A DNA stretch of 61,581 bases, the filler included, from Choristocarpus tenellus KU-1152 (Eukaryota; Protista; Phaeophyceae): NCBI GenBank assembly GCA_964200185.2. It is 11 parts of 11 records of this genome, joined end to end, with 100 filler letters (N's around TTAATTAATTAA, not from the genome) between each part and the next. Parts side by side here need not be neighbours in the genome. Positions count along the whole stretch, not along the records: positions 43,271 to 50,966 come from CAXNAD020005738.1; positions 51,067 to 53,798 come from CAXNAD020025232.1; positions 53,899 to 61,581 come from CAXNAD020005759.1; 8 more parts are not named here. One strand, 5' to 3'. Under the pieces are notes generated by a model that saw only the letters and a list, made by a program, of their open reading frames with translations, was not told the origin of the DNA and searched no databases. Positions 49,901 to 61,581 of this stretch are shown in pieces (positions within the stretch are counted from its first letter, which is position 1; the number at the start of each line of letters is the position of its first letter). A program made the translations under genes and the position numbers.

Positions 49901-51382
49901 GCACTTAAATATCCTGTAGAGACGTTTGGGGAGTTGTGGGGTGGGCGGTAGAGAGTTTTGAATTTGAACCTTGCCTTGGAGGCGTTATTTTAAGATAAAA
50001 GGTATACCTCTTATCTCTCCAAAGAAATGAATATCGTTCCTAAACAACGAATAATGTATGTGTATGTGGTAGTTGCAACTACACTTGGTGGTGCAGTCAT
50101 CCAATGTATGTGGCTGAGTCAGTTGATCACCGGGAAGTGTTCGTAGGCAGCATGTGGATGAGATGGATGAGCTGTCGAATTATATAGTGGATGGTAGGTG
50201 GGTTGGGGAGATTAGCAGGAAGGGAACCTCAGTGAAGGCATGCCTGCAACAGATTCTGTCCGTCGAAGCACAAGTGGCGATTTCATGGAGGGTATTGCAA
50301 TTCAAGCTATCATAGTGCATCCTCTGTGCTACTTTTAGTGCTGCTGTGTTCTTGTCTGTTCCTCGGATGTGGCGAAGATGTTCCCAGCTGGGCATTCTTT
50401 CCAAGAACATCCTCAATAATTGCGCTTTTTTCTTGCACCTTAAATCGCATTCACTTCTTTACGCTTTGTCAACAAAATCTCACCCGACTAGATAATTTCA
50501 TGCTCGAAGACATTCTTGTTGCAATTATCCTGTTGAGGGATAATCCCTGTCCAGTACTCCTGTGTCTCATGTGCAACAATCATAACGGTCTACTGACGAC
50601 CTTCCATGACCAAGATAAGGTACTGCAGGCCTCTCACATACGCAGAATTTTGCTTGAGTAGCAGGAGAGGGCTTCGCTGGGGGGAAAGAGGAGTAGGTCT
50701 TCCAGCTAACAACCATTGTCCTCCAGTAGTGTGGGGAGGAAAGGAAGAGTGTGGGTGGGTGTTTGAGCAATTCTGTTGAGGGCTGTGCTGGGGGGGAAAG
50801 AAAAGGAGAAGATCCATCAATGAGCAGTCACAGTGCTCCAGCAGCACCAGGACGAAAGGATTAGGGATGGGATATGCCAGGGGAGGTGTATGGTTCCCTG
50901 TGCAGGAGAATACGAATTCAGACATACATCCATATTTAGCTATGATCCAAAATATCTGGGGGGGTGNNNNNNNNNNNNNNNNNNNNNNNNNNNNNNNNNN
51001 NNNNNNNNNNTTAATTAATTAANNNNNNNNNNNNNNNNNNNNNNNNNNNNNNNNNNNNNNNNNNNNAAAGTTGAAAAAACGTATCTGAAATCCTAACCTT
51101 CCCCCCCCCCGCCCCTCCCCTTTTTCTTTTGTACAGAGCGTTCGTTCGTGTGCATACAAAAAAATAAATATATATATATATTTATTTTGCATCAACTATT
51201 TTTTTTCTTATTTTCACCCCATTGAGAAATATCAAAAATAGTAGTTTTATTTTATACTATCAAAAACCGAACTGACCCACCCACCGACTGACTGACTGAC
51301 TGACTGACCTCTGAGAGATTTTTTGTCTGTGTGTTCACTTGTGGCGATTTTTTTTTTTTTTAAATAAAATGAATAAAAAAAG

Positions 51383-51515
51383 ATCATGGCGTGGACCCGT
51401 CGAGTCAAAGAGGCGGAAAGAGTGATGGCAATGGTTCTGGAGGACGGACTGCAGTTGGACATTGTCCTGTTGAACAACATCATTAATGCGTAAGCACACT
51501 GAGAGGTGTTCCAAA

Positions 51516-51552
<37 letters not shown>

Positions 51553-53691
51553 TTTTTTTTTGAATGTATGTTTTTAATTTTTTATTGTTAATATGTGAAC
51601 GTATGTGTGTTTTTTTTCCTTGTCTCTTTTTGGATTTCAGAATGTCAGATATTTGTGTGGTTTTTATTTATTATGAGAGGGTGAGCTAGAGTGGAATATA
51701 TATATATTTTGTGGTTAGAGATGGTTCTGACTCGCCTTGTTTTTTTTGTTTTGTTTGTTTTTTGGTGTGGAAGATGGAGTGATTAGGTTTTTTGAGGAGA
51801 TACGAAACTGGTGACATGATAGCTTTTTTTTGTTATTTTTAAAAGAGGTGACGAAACCCCTCCCAATAGGTAGACTCCTTTTTTTTTAACTGCTATTTTC
51901 TTTTTTGATTTTTTGTCTCTCATCCATCCATCCATCCATCCATTCACTACTTCAAAAATAAATAAAAGAATTCGGCACTGTACTTTCTTCTATCCTTCTA
52001 GTGCTGATGTCGTTGCGAATGTTCAACTCTTGATCCTGTGTACTGGGAAAAGGTATACCTTTGTTTTAAATTGTGGGATGAAATATATTATTGTATGTAA
52101 CTCTACTATTTTATTGTACGTTTAAGCTTGTGTTAAAATATGGCCTGAAAAAGGTGCACCTTTCAGGTTGTATTACATGATGAATTGCATTGCTCTACTG
52201 CTGTACCTTGAAGCTTGTGCTAGACATGACCTGAAAGGGTATAACTTTCAGTTTCTGTCAAATGATGAAATATACTACTCTACTACTCTACCTTGAAGCT
52301 TATTCTAAAATATGACTTAAAATGAAGTTTCACCTTTCAGTTCCTGTCAAATGATAAATTGTATTACTCCACTCCTATACCTTAAAGCTTATGCTAGATA
52401 CGACCTGGAAAAGGTACACCTTTCAGATTGTGTCACATGATAAATGACCTATTGTATCTTTAATATTTGTGACTATATATGACCTGAAAAGGTACATCTT
52501 CCAGTGTGTGCCTATAATAATAGATGATAGTGTTGCAATTTGCCAAGATATAAGCTTGAACTGCACACCTTCCAGTTGGATTCATGATAAGAGAGTTTGC
52601 TACACCTTTTAAGGCGTGCGCTAAGAGATGCCAAGAAAGGTACACCTTTCAGATGACATCAATGATAAATGGGAGGCAATTCCCTTCCTTTTGATTTGAA
52701 GCATGAGGCAAGATACGACATTTTAGTGAAGTCATGGTAGCAGAGTCTTGGGCAAGCACAGGTCGGATATCCTGCAGACGAGGTCACAGAGATGTACTCT
52801 CCTCTTCAAAGCACGCCTGAGTCTGTTTTGCAACTCCTGCCTCCCTTTGCCCTTCTGATTCTACAGTATGCATATATACACATCCCTAACCCTAGTACGT
52901 TTGTGTTGTCATCCCTAACCCTAGCATGTTTGTGTTGTCATCCCTAACCCTATGCCTTGCAGCCCATTTTCACTGCAAACCTATCGATATCTTTTTTTTG
53001 TTGTCGTGAACAACAGCCTTCCTACTTTTACAACATTACCCTGGCGAGACTCTCCACCACCTCTTGCAAAACGAAAAAAAAAAAAGCCTATTTTTTTTAT
53101 TTTATTTTAAATTTCCATGTATTGTCACTTAAAAAAAACACACCGAGTTTAACTTTGATGTTCTTGGACGTGTACTCAGAGAGAGAGAGAGAGGTGTAAG
53201 GTAGACGGTAGTAGAAATACGTACGTAAGATGATAATTTTTTATTTAAATGAGATACAAGATAAAATAAAAAAGACGAATTGTTGTGGTTCAAAAATGTA
53301 TTCAAACATATACATACATATATATATATATATACGTATATGTGTGTTTATGTGTATGTTTGTTTGTCTGTGTTCATGTGTATGTGTGTGTGTATATGTT
53401 TACGTGTTTATGTATCTGTGTCGATGTGTTTATGTGTATGATTGTTTTGTCTGTGTTCATGTGTATATGTGTATGTATTTTCCGTTTTTGAAAGTTCCCC
53501 ACACCTTGTGTTCAGTCCAAAAGTGATAAATTATTATCCCCTGTCCCTGGTAGTTATGCTCAGGATAAGGACATCGAAGGCGCTATGAGGTACTACAATA
53601 TCATCTTGGACATGAAGTTGGAGCCCAACTCGGTGACCCTTTCACACATGATCATCGCTAATGAGAACCAAGATCCCAAGGAAGTTTACAG
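51383..53691 (+). CDS. Pentatricopeptide-repeat (PPR) protein, internal exons 51383-51489 and 53554-53691
   Basis: RVKEAERVMAMVLEDGLQLDIVLLNNIINA|YAQDKDIEGAMRYYNIILDMKLEPNSVTLSHMI shows 35-aa PPR spacing, with a phase-2 join. Confidence 0.8.
52040..52680. repeat. Degenerate intronic minisatellite, about 85-bp unit, 7-8 copies, palindromic core
   Basis: The pattern aagcttgtgctaga..tgacCTGAAAAGGTACACCTTTCAG...atgatgaa recurs along the array. Confidence 0.8.
52880..52952. repeat. 29-bp tandem repeat (~2.5 copies) containing CCCTAACCCTA
   Basis: Unit catccctaaccctag(t/c)a(c/t)gtttgtgttgt. Confidence 0.85.
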
Positions 53692-53955
53692 GTGAGACTC
53701 TTAAAAAAGAGCCAGAGCCAGTGTATACAGGAGATGATGGGTTTTGGGGGAGGGGGGGGGGGGGGGGGGGGGCAATTTTTTTCTGTTTTTTTTATTCCNN
53801 NNNNNNNNNNNNNNNNNNNNNNNNNNNNNNNNNNNNNNNNNNTTAATTAATTAANNNNNNNNNNNNNNNNNNNNNNNNNNNNNNNNNNNNNNNNNNNNCC
53901 CCCCTCTGATCCTGTTTGTTTGTTTTGTCATGGTCGTACTCGAAAGCGGGGTAAT

Positions 53956-54047
53956 GTTATTGTTGTTATTATTATTGTTATTATTATTGTTGTTGTTATT
54001 ATTGTTATTGTTATTATTGCTATTATTGTTGTTATTACTATTGTTAA

Positions 54048-54087
<40 letters not shown>

Positions 54088-54090
54088 GTT
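53956..54090. repeat. (TTA/TTG)n microsatellite
   Basis: Direct reading of the sequence. Confidence 0.95.
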
Positions 54091-54307
54091 CTGAATCAGG
54101 CGCAACGACATCCGCCATCGAGTCTCAACACAGCAGGATGAGAAATTGAAGACATCAAGAGGCAGCCGAGGTAAAGGAAATGACAGAGTTTTTATTTTTT
54201 CAATAAAATTTTGTCGCCTGTAAATTTCCATTTCGAGTTGTTGGTTGCAGGCTGGCACTCGAGAACATCAGTTTCCCTCACTGAGTGCAACTTCATGAAA
54301 AGAAGCT

Positions 54308-54545
54308 GGCTCAAAGTATCTGGGGGGGGNNNNNNNNNNTATGAATAATGAAGGAGGGTCAGGCGTGGGGGGGGGGGGGGGGGGGGGTGGGGTGACTGTC
54401 CATTTGGGGTCAATTTTCTCATGTCGCAATTTTTGTGTGATTTGATTGCACTTGTCGAATGGATAATTTGAATGCACTTTTCCTGATTTTGGCCCAAATG
54501 GAGACCCTGGTGTAGACCCCCCCTCCCCCCCAGATACTTTGGGTC
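54308..54545 (+). mobile_element. MITE family A, complete copy (10-N gap inside), 4-bp TSD AGCT
   Basis: agct|GGCTCAAAGTATCTGGGG...CCCCAGATACTTTGGGTC|agct. Confidence 0.85.
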
Positions 54546-55542
54546 AGCTTGAAGTACAAGTATTCTTGACAAGGCTTTGATGGCATTGCAATGTACGAAG
54601 AACGAGTGACCCCGATAAAAAGCTTGAGTCATACCACAGTCAGGCGTTTTCCCACATGATGAAGGCGTTTCGATATTGTTGGGTACCAATAGTGTAGAGA
54701 GGGAAAGTACCTTAGAGGGTACAAGTTTTGCCCTGTTTGTCCATTTGGGGCTTGGCTTTCCACGTTTTTTTTTTAAAATGACATTCTGCCTACTCTGAAA
54801 CATTTCGGAGTGGGTTAAATCTGTATGTTATGAAAAGGTGTGTCCAGAATAAGGATATTGAAACTTTTCCTAACAAACACGATAGCCAAGATTACATCAA
54901 AATCGCAGCATTGGATTTTGGCCCCCAAATGGGCGCAGATCTACCCTCTAAGATACTTTGACTCAGACCCTTTAGGACCTATGCCCAGAATTGCAGTCAG
55001 CCCTTCCCACGAGATGTTCAACATTATCTCAAACTTCTGTTGTGAAAAAAAGAAAGAAAGCGATATTTCCCCCCATCAGAGCATTTCAAATTCCATTCAA
55101 AGCCATTCAAACTGCACCCATGATAAAAGCAGATCAGTGTTAAATGGCAATCGAGGATGTGTCTATATTGGCCACCCTTACTTCAACCACCCAGTACAAA
55201 CTGTCACCCCCAGTACAATGCAGCAGTCGCTCGAGCCTACTGAGCCTCTTAGTGTAAAACACAACAAACCATTCTGTGAACAACAGCGTCTTTATCATAA
55301 AGCAAATAGTGCTAAGCGTTTGCTGGACTATGCCTCTGATTAGTGAATGTTATGTATGATATAGTAGGTGGAGTAGGTAGATGGGAAGATAAGGAAGACA
55401 GTAGTACAATATTTGATAGAGGTGAANNNNNNNNNNGATATTTTATTTCTTTAGGGCTAAAAACGACATACATATAGTTTTCATTGGTTTCCCTCCTCAC
55501 ACATCTGCAAAATGTCAGAGGGCATAATAATAAAAATAATAT

Positions 55543-55633
55543 AATGTATAGTAATGTTATGTATGATATAATGTATAGTAATGTTATGTATGATACAATG
55601 TATAGTAATGTTATGTATGATACAATGTATAGT
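55543..55633. repeat. 27-bp tandem repeat (~3.4 copies)
   Basis: Unit aatgtatagtaatgttatgtatgata(t/c). Confidence 0.9.
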
Positions 55634-56791
55634 TGAATGTTAGTAGCGCCTGTGTCTTTCTTTTTCTTACATTATTTTTTATTTCTTCTGGAGTATTTAA
55701 TCCGTTATCGCTGAGGAAAATCCTCAAATTTTGAACTTAACGCGAGTCTGAGAACGCTGATTAACGTGTGGAATAATTACAAAAAAAGAGCAAATAACTG
55801 CGGACGCTAGGATTAACGTCTGGACAACGTGACAGTACAGAGCGTGTTGCACTGAGGCTTGTCCATACATGAACATCAGGTGCAAGCCCAGTGTTAGACA
55901 ACAGAGGCTGCAGAGTAAAGGGACCCTGAGTGTTGTTTATGAGTAATGGACATTATAGAGCAACCGGCTCCGGAACACTGTCCTGGTAAATTGATGACGT
56001 TACAGTACAAATCGACCCTAATATTTTCTGGTATAACAGACGTTACGGACTAAATATGAACGAACATTCTAGGATGATGCTGGGGTTGGGCACTATGTTG
56101 CCCTGGGCGTACAAACTGCCCATTGTATGTGTGCCTTCTGTGTGCTACGTCACCACTGCTCCTCATGACACCCACTCTACACCCTTGCTGGTGAACTCAG
56201 TGTGATGATGCATGGTGTCAACTGGCCTCTAGTAGTCTTGAAATAGGAAATATTGCCTCCACAAGAATGGCATTTACAACTTACAGTGAAACACCTCAAT
56301 TCGTACTCCATCCATTTCTTGCAACCCTAATCGATCCTTGACTTGTATTATTTATATTTATGCCCTCTGACATTTTGCAGATGTGTCAGGGGGAAACCAA
56401 TGAGAACTATATACATGTGTATATATAAAATGTCCTAAACATAAGAATACTATAAGACAATGCGTGGATCCTTGACTTGTATTATTGTAAACTGCATCAA
56501 CCACGTAAGGCTAAGTTACTTCATACATACTTGATGTTGTGTAGGTACATATATATACTAGTATATATATACACCCACGGTACAAAAGACCCACAAAGAA
56601 AATGCGGATGGCGCTTTATTTCTTCTCTCTGTAAAATATTCAGAGAAGGGCGTATCCGCTGTGTGGTTCAACCGAATGTGATGCAAAATGCCATGACTCA
56701 GTCAACAAAGAGTTGTTGCTGTAAACCTTATACCTCCCTTTACCACACCAGTATTGACCTAGATCTCTAAAGTTTCAATATGTGTGAGTAC

Positions 56792-58049
56792 CTTTGTCGA
56801 TGATGCACTCGAAAGATCCGTCAGGAAATGCGTCCATCTTCCTCGCGTCAGTGACACTAACTGTTCGGGTTGAAGATGTAGGTATATATGTATGTTACCC
56901 TGGAGTTGATGGGCACCAAGCAAGGTATACATTCTTATCTGCCTCCCTATTATAGAAAAGAATAAGAGAAAGTATCTAGGAGAGTATGGGCTTTGTCTTG
57001 TTTGTCTGTTTGGGGCTTGGTTTCCCACAGGTTTTTTTATGATATTTTCCTACTCCGAAACATTTTGGAGCAGATAAAATGTGTATGTTATGAAAAGGTG
57101 TGTCCGGAACAAGGATATTGACACTTCCTAACAAACACGATAGCCAGAATTACATCAAAATCGTAGCATTGGATATTGGTCCCGAAAGGTTCACGACCCT
57201 ACCCTATAAGATACTTCTAATCAAAACTTGAAAAAGACCTCGACAAAGCGAAGCAAAAGTGAGAGAGAGGGCGGGTTTCTAATAGGGTCCAGCAAAAGCA
57301 AACACATTTTCTTCTAAATCAACTAGATAACATCACTCCTCAGGTGGCATACATGAGTCGGACCATAGCAACAAAGAGGTGAATTGGTCTATTTCTTGGA
57401 GTACTACTTTATTGCATCGGAGGCAGAAATTTTGGGAGGTTTGTCCAATTTTGCAACTCACATTCGAGACCTTCTCTATCCTGGTGCTGCTGTTGCATCA
57501 GTGCAATGACCGTAGTAGATATGTCGATATTGTTCAAATACTGATACCCTGCCTTGTGCATGTCGGCAGGAAGATTTGAATTTCCACACCCAAGACAGAG
57601 CACTCGCTGGCCTTTCGGTTGGCCAAAGTAGGACTCGATTATGGGTCTTACTGGAACAGCGAGAGAAACGCAGAGGGGGAGTGGGCAGTGAGTATCATGG
57701 AATAGAAACGTAGAGTCTCCAGGTCACACATGCCTTGGAACCTGGAACTGGGATTGCAGCTCACATATCATGAGCATTCCACATTCCCCAGCGAATCACT
57801 CACATCTGTCGAAGTCCAGGTACCAATCATAGCGGTAGCTCGTTCCAAAATCCGTTCTTTCCTGTTCATCTGCAACCCAGGCAAACAAATTAAATACATA
57901 CAAATAGTGTACATAATGAGAAACTGTGATGCAACTGTAGCAATTGTTTGATGAGGGCTTCCGCACTCAAGTGTTCGTCGGGCAACGTAGAACTCATACC
58001 AGAAGATCTTACATCGTCTCTCCCAAAAGTTGGGCTCGCCGAAGTCCAT
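56792..58049 (-). CDS. Class I SAM-dependent methyltransferase, METTL13-N/EEF1AKMT4-like. Exons 58049-58013, 57869-57804, 57650-57462, 56860-56792; downstream exons not located
   Basis: MDFGEPNFWERRY...YDWY...RVLCLGCGNSNL..DMHKAGY..LNNIDIS..VI..M...DARKM..FPDGSFECIIDKG, with all joins in phase 1. Confidence 0.88.
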
Positions 58050-58336
58050 TTCATGCTCGAGGTATGTCTTTGTGGGATCGACAAGTAAACTGATCATCAA
58101 TCACTAAGCTGTGTGCGATGTAGGATTCTTGTAACTGTCACAATTCGACCAACCATCGCTTCTCCTCGATTCGAGTATGCTGGGGAGGTAGACGGTGGCA
58201 TGGAATCCTTTCGGGCTGTTGCGTTAGGCATTTGGGCAATCGTAACCACTTTAACATAGGACTGTATTCTTGGTCATCTCGTTCCGGGTTTGTCCCCGTA
58301 ATAAGGAGGACCAACGGACAGGGCCCTGTCTTCAGG

Positions 58337-61300
58337 ATGGCTGTGGTAGGTGTTGGACTCAACGATGAAAACACTAAGCCATCGGTCACTTTCAGTGGTG
58401 CGGATAAAGCCTCTGGTGGAAGTGTGGGCACATACAAGGGTAGAAAGTTCGTATCCAAAACCAAGCTATCGCCTGGGAAGGTAAAGATCCCCAAGAATGT
58501 CAACCTAGAAGCTCTACACCAAGCAATGGAGAATAACTCCACCGCGGTGGACGTGTTGAAACGAGAGGTGAGCGGAAGATTTGAGCGGGATCTTGAAGCG
58601 ATAAGGTTATGCATTTGCTTCTCTCTTCGTATTTTTTCTGGCAACTGTAGCTTTTACTTTGGTGAATGGACTCTACAACCCTACAGGTTGTACTTGGAGT
58701 ACTTTGCGCGCTCGCCGTCGAACGTACGACGACGCCCCCTCCGCGTGTGATTATTGCACACTTAGGTTCTTATCGCCCAGGAGGACGAGGCTGTAGAGTC
58801 TTTTGAGCAGCTGGAGATGCTCAAAAGGACATATGATAAGCTCCGTACTCGTGCGGCGGAGCTGGAGGTAAACAACGATCATATCTCCCGCGAGCTGGAG
58901 GTAATGAACAAGACACTGGTGGTGAGTGTTAGCTATGGAGCTCTTGGATAAAACCTTGAATTTACTAGATGCTATTGTCACTCTAGTGCAGATGCTTCAA
59001 AGCATTACTTTGGCTACAATTTTGTTGGCAGCTCTGCTGTTCCCTCAAAGTGCGCACTTTGTGACTGAAGGGGTCAATATTGTGAAGATACTTTGGATTA
59101 ATTGCTGTAGTCATCTGAAAGATGTATTAGTACACATGTGATGCCGTAGTAGGTGCTAATGCTAGTGTCTATTGCAGTAAAACGGAGCATGAAACTTAAT
59201 TTCGCTGTCAATAAGGAAACATGTCATGGTTGCTTACGAAGCACTCAGAGTACATGCAAACACTTGTCTGTCTTGGGTATCAATCGAAATCCTGCCCATG
59301 CACCCATGTACAGAATCAGCAGTACACACTAGATCATACACATCTGTAGATGCATTACCAAAGAACAAGATCCCTCCCTTACTTCCTAAGAAGAATATCA
59401 GTTCAACATTGGTATTCCTTAGGTGACAAAGGTGGGTGGAGTGCCAGAACAGCGACTGGCAAGCCTCAAAGCTGATGTGGAGGCCACTGACAGACGGCAC
59501 CAGCGAGCCATGGTAACCAAAGAGAAGCTTGAGTTCATGGTCAAGAGGTTTACTAAGGTGTGGCAAGCAACCCATTTTTTATGTTTCAAGGAGAGAGGTA
59601 GAATAGCGGAGGGTTAATTTGTATCTGTTTGGCCTTTGGGGCTTGAATGAGCATGGAGCAGAAAGCTTGCAAAGAGAACAGAGGTTTGAGTGAAGTCCCT
59701 GTGATTTGAAGATGTCACCTACCAGCAATAGGCAAAGACTTCATTGGTAAGGCAGATGATGGTGCAATAACCTTCTAATCATTCAGGAGGTCCTCGAGAT
59801 CAAGAAGGATGCCAGACTGATCACAGTTCAGCTTCACACGACAATCAATGAGTCCAACTCTTGCGAGTCTCAGCTGCAGCAGAGTCGACAGGATCTGAAG
59901 AATGAGGAAGATAAACTGGTCAAGCTCAGTGCCAAGGTATTCTAGCAGTGATTGCTGGTAGTGGCACATAGATCTCCCCTGTACAAGCAAGTGGAGACCC
60001 ATGTTAACACCTGAGAACAGGCAATGCTGTACAATGATAACACAATGACTAGTAACTTCCCCATACTCATGTTCTGTGATGCATAAAATAATGTAAATTG
60101 AAGTGCATGATTCTGTTTATTTCCTCGACAAGTGCTCATACGTTACTATTTCAAGTCCCCCAGTTTGAGAAAATTTTAGTCCTCTTTTCATAAGAAAATA
60201 TAGATATACTTTGACATACAACTCCCAGGGTGTGCTAATTTTGAAGTCCCAAACCCACATTCCCGCCCCCTTTTCTTATTATTATTATTATTATTATTAG
60301 GGTATTATTTTTCCAGCAATGCCTTTATATACTTGAACTTAGTAACTGGGTGTCTGAGCAGGCAGCAGAAAGAGAAAATCCTGCACGTTCTTGACCCCAG
60401 GGAGTCGTCCTCTGTGTGAACTTCCTGGTAGAGGACATCAGGAGAAGGGGAACTGGGGATGGAAAATGTAGAAAGAGGCATTGTTCAACATGGAAAAGGA
60501 TCGGGGAGGGGGGGGGGGTTGTCAAAAGACTTGAAGTGAGGGGAAAGGGAACTGTTATCAGACGGCATACGACCACTTTAACATTGCTCAAACTCTTTTG
60601 TGCTTTCTGTGTTACATGGACTTTTCGCCACCTATGGATTTCACCACAAGCACATACCAAGTATTGCAAATCCAGGAGGTTGGTTGTCTGCCCTGAGCGT
60701 CTCCTCCTCCTAGCCTGAGCTGCTCTAGGTAGTCAAGGTTGTTCTCACAGCAGTCATGCGGGAGGATGTAAGTTGAAGATTCCTCTTTAAACTCAATCTA
60801 CCATCAACCAAGTCGGTTCAAATGCATTCAAGTTTACATATATGCATGTACTCCACATATGTATGTATTGGCCGCGAGTTGAAATGGGTCCCTACTGCTC
60901 CTTCTTATCTGGGGTGAGCTTGAGGATGTGGGAGTCTTCGATCCAGAGAATGTGCGTAGGCAGCTAATAACATCTACAGGCTGTTGGAAGAACAAAACTG
61001 GATCGGTTTTCAAGTCCTTCTTATCATCAAAGAGTTACAATGTTCTCATGCCAAGATAGTAGAAAGCAGGGCAATACACCAATAGAGCTTCAGGATTTTT
61101 TTCTTGAGGTTTTTTGCACAGTAACATGCTACATGATACAATTGAAACTAAGTCTCTAACCATTCCCAGTAGTGTGCTGCTGGGCATCCACCTATCCACT
61201 GCTACCGTATCTTTGTTCCTCCTCTTTGCATGTAGGTCAATCGGAGAAAGATCCTGCAAAGCGAGAGCCTTACAAGCCTGCAGCATATCATGACAGAACG

Positions 61301-61361
61301 GGAGGAACAGCTGGGCATGCAGGAATCACGCATTCAGGAGAGAGACGACCTCATGGCCAGG
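58337..61361 (+). CDS. Coiled-coil protein of unknown function, 5' part. Exons 58337-58567, about 58766-58867, 59423-59557, 59787-59936, 61236-61361
   Basis: Phase-0 GT-AG exons encode heptad-like E/K/Q/L-rich sequence (FEQLEMLKRTYDKLRTRAAELE; ESQLQQSRQDLKNEEDKLVKL). Confidence 0.7.
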
Positions 61362-61581
61362 GTGAGCGTGATGGGAGCATTAAATCTGCCTCCCCCATAC
61401 CTTCGAAATCCACCCCTCTCTGATTGGTCAAACAGATCTACAACATCAAGTACTCATACTTATCTAATCACACAACACACTGCGCAAATAGATAGGATGA
61501 ACTACCTTGTACTTCAGAGCATGTGCATTTTACGGGGGGGTTGAAAAAGAACTCGACCGAGACCCAAAGTATCTGGGGGGG

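Noticed and set aside
52040-52680. CRISPR-like array
   Set aside because: The sequences between palindromes are homologous to each other, there are no cas genes, and the context is a eukaryotic intron.
53851-54258. Poly-Asn and poly-Ile ORFs
   Set aside because: They are translations of a TTA/TTG microsatellite.

Overview
This is eukaryotic genomic DNA with spliceosomal introns, TTAGGG-type telomere motifs and many microsatellites. The gene and transposon repertoire suggests a brown alga or a related photosynthetic stramenopile, which is inference. It is not one locus. Ten artificial 100-bp linkers (N44-TTAATTAATTAA-N44) join 11 unrelated small contigs, so adjacency across a linker has no biological meaning. 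Genes rebuilt by hand from splice sites and reading phase are: ZnT9/SLC30A9-like transporter (3' part), an NB-ARC-TPR immune-receptor-like gene (10 exons), Kae1/OSGEP (5' part) head-to-head with a Pol iota-like Y-family polymerase, a signal-peptide basic/acidic protein ending DKEL, BolA3, dUTPase, a PPR protein fragment, and a METTL13/EEF1AKMT4-like methyltransferase head-to-head with a coiled-coil protein. Mobile DNA includes a mariner-like transposase remnant, a PIF1/Helitron-like remnant, an RTE LINE remnant and a hairpin+(TAA)n retroposon tail family. There is also a ~9-kb decayed multi-ORF island. Three related MITE-like families share GRNYC-AAAGTATCT termini, and all three complete family-A copies have exact 4-bp target-site duplications. 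The best leads are this MITE system, the degenerate switch motifs of the NB-ARC protein, the DE->DD change in the polymerase, and the decayed island. No CRISPR array, rRNA or tRNA was seen. All family calls rest on recalled motifs; no database search was run.
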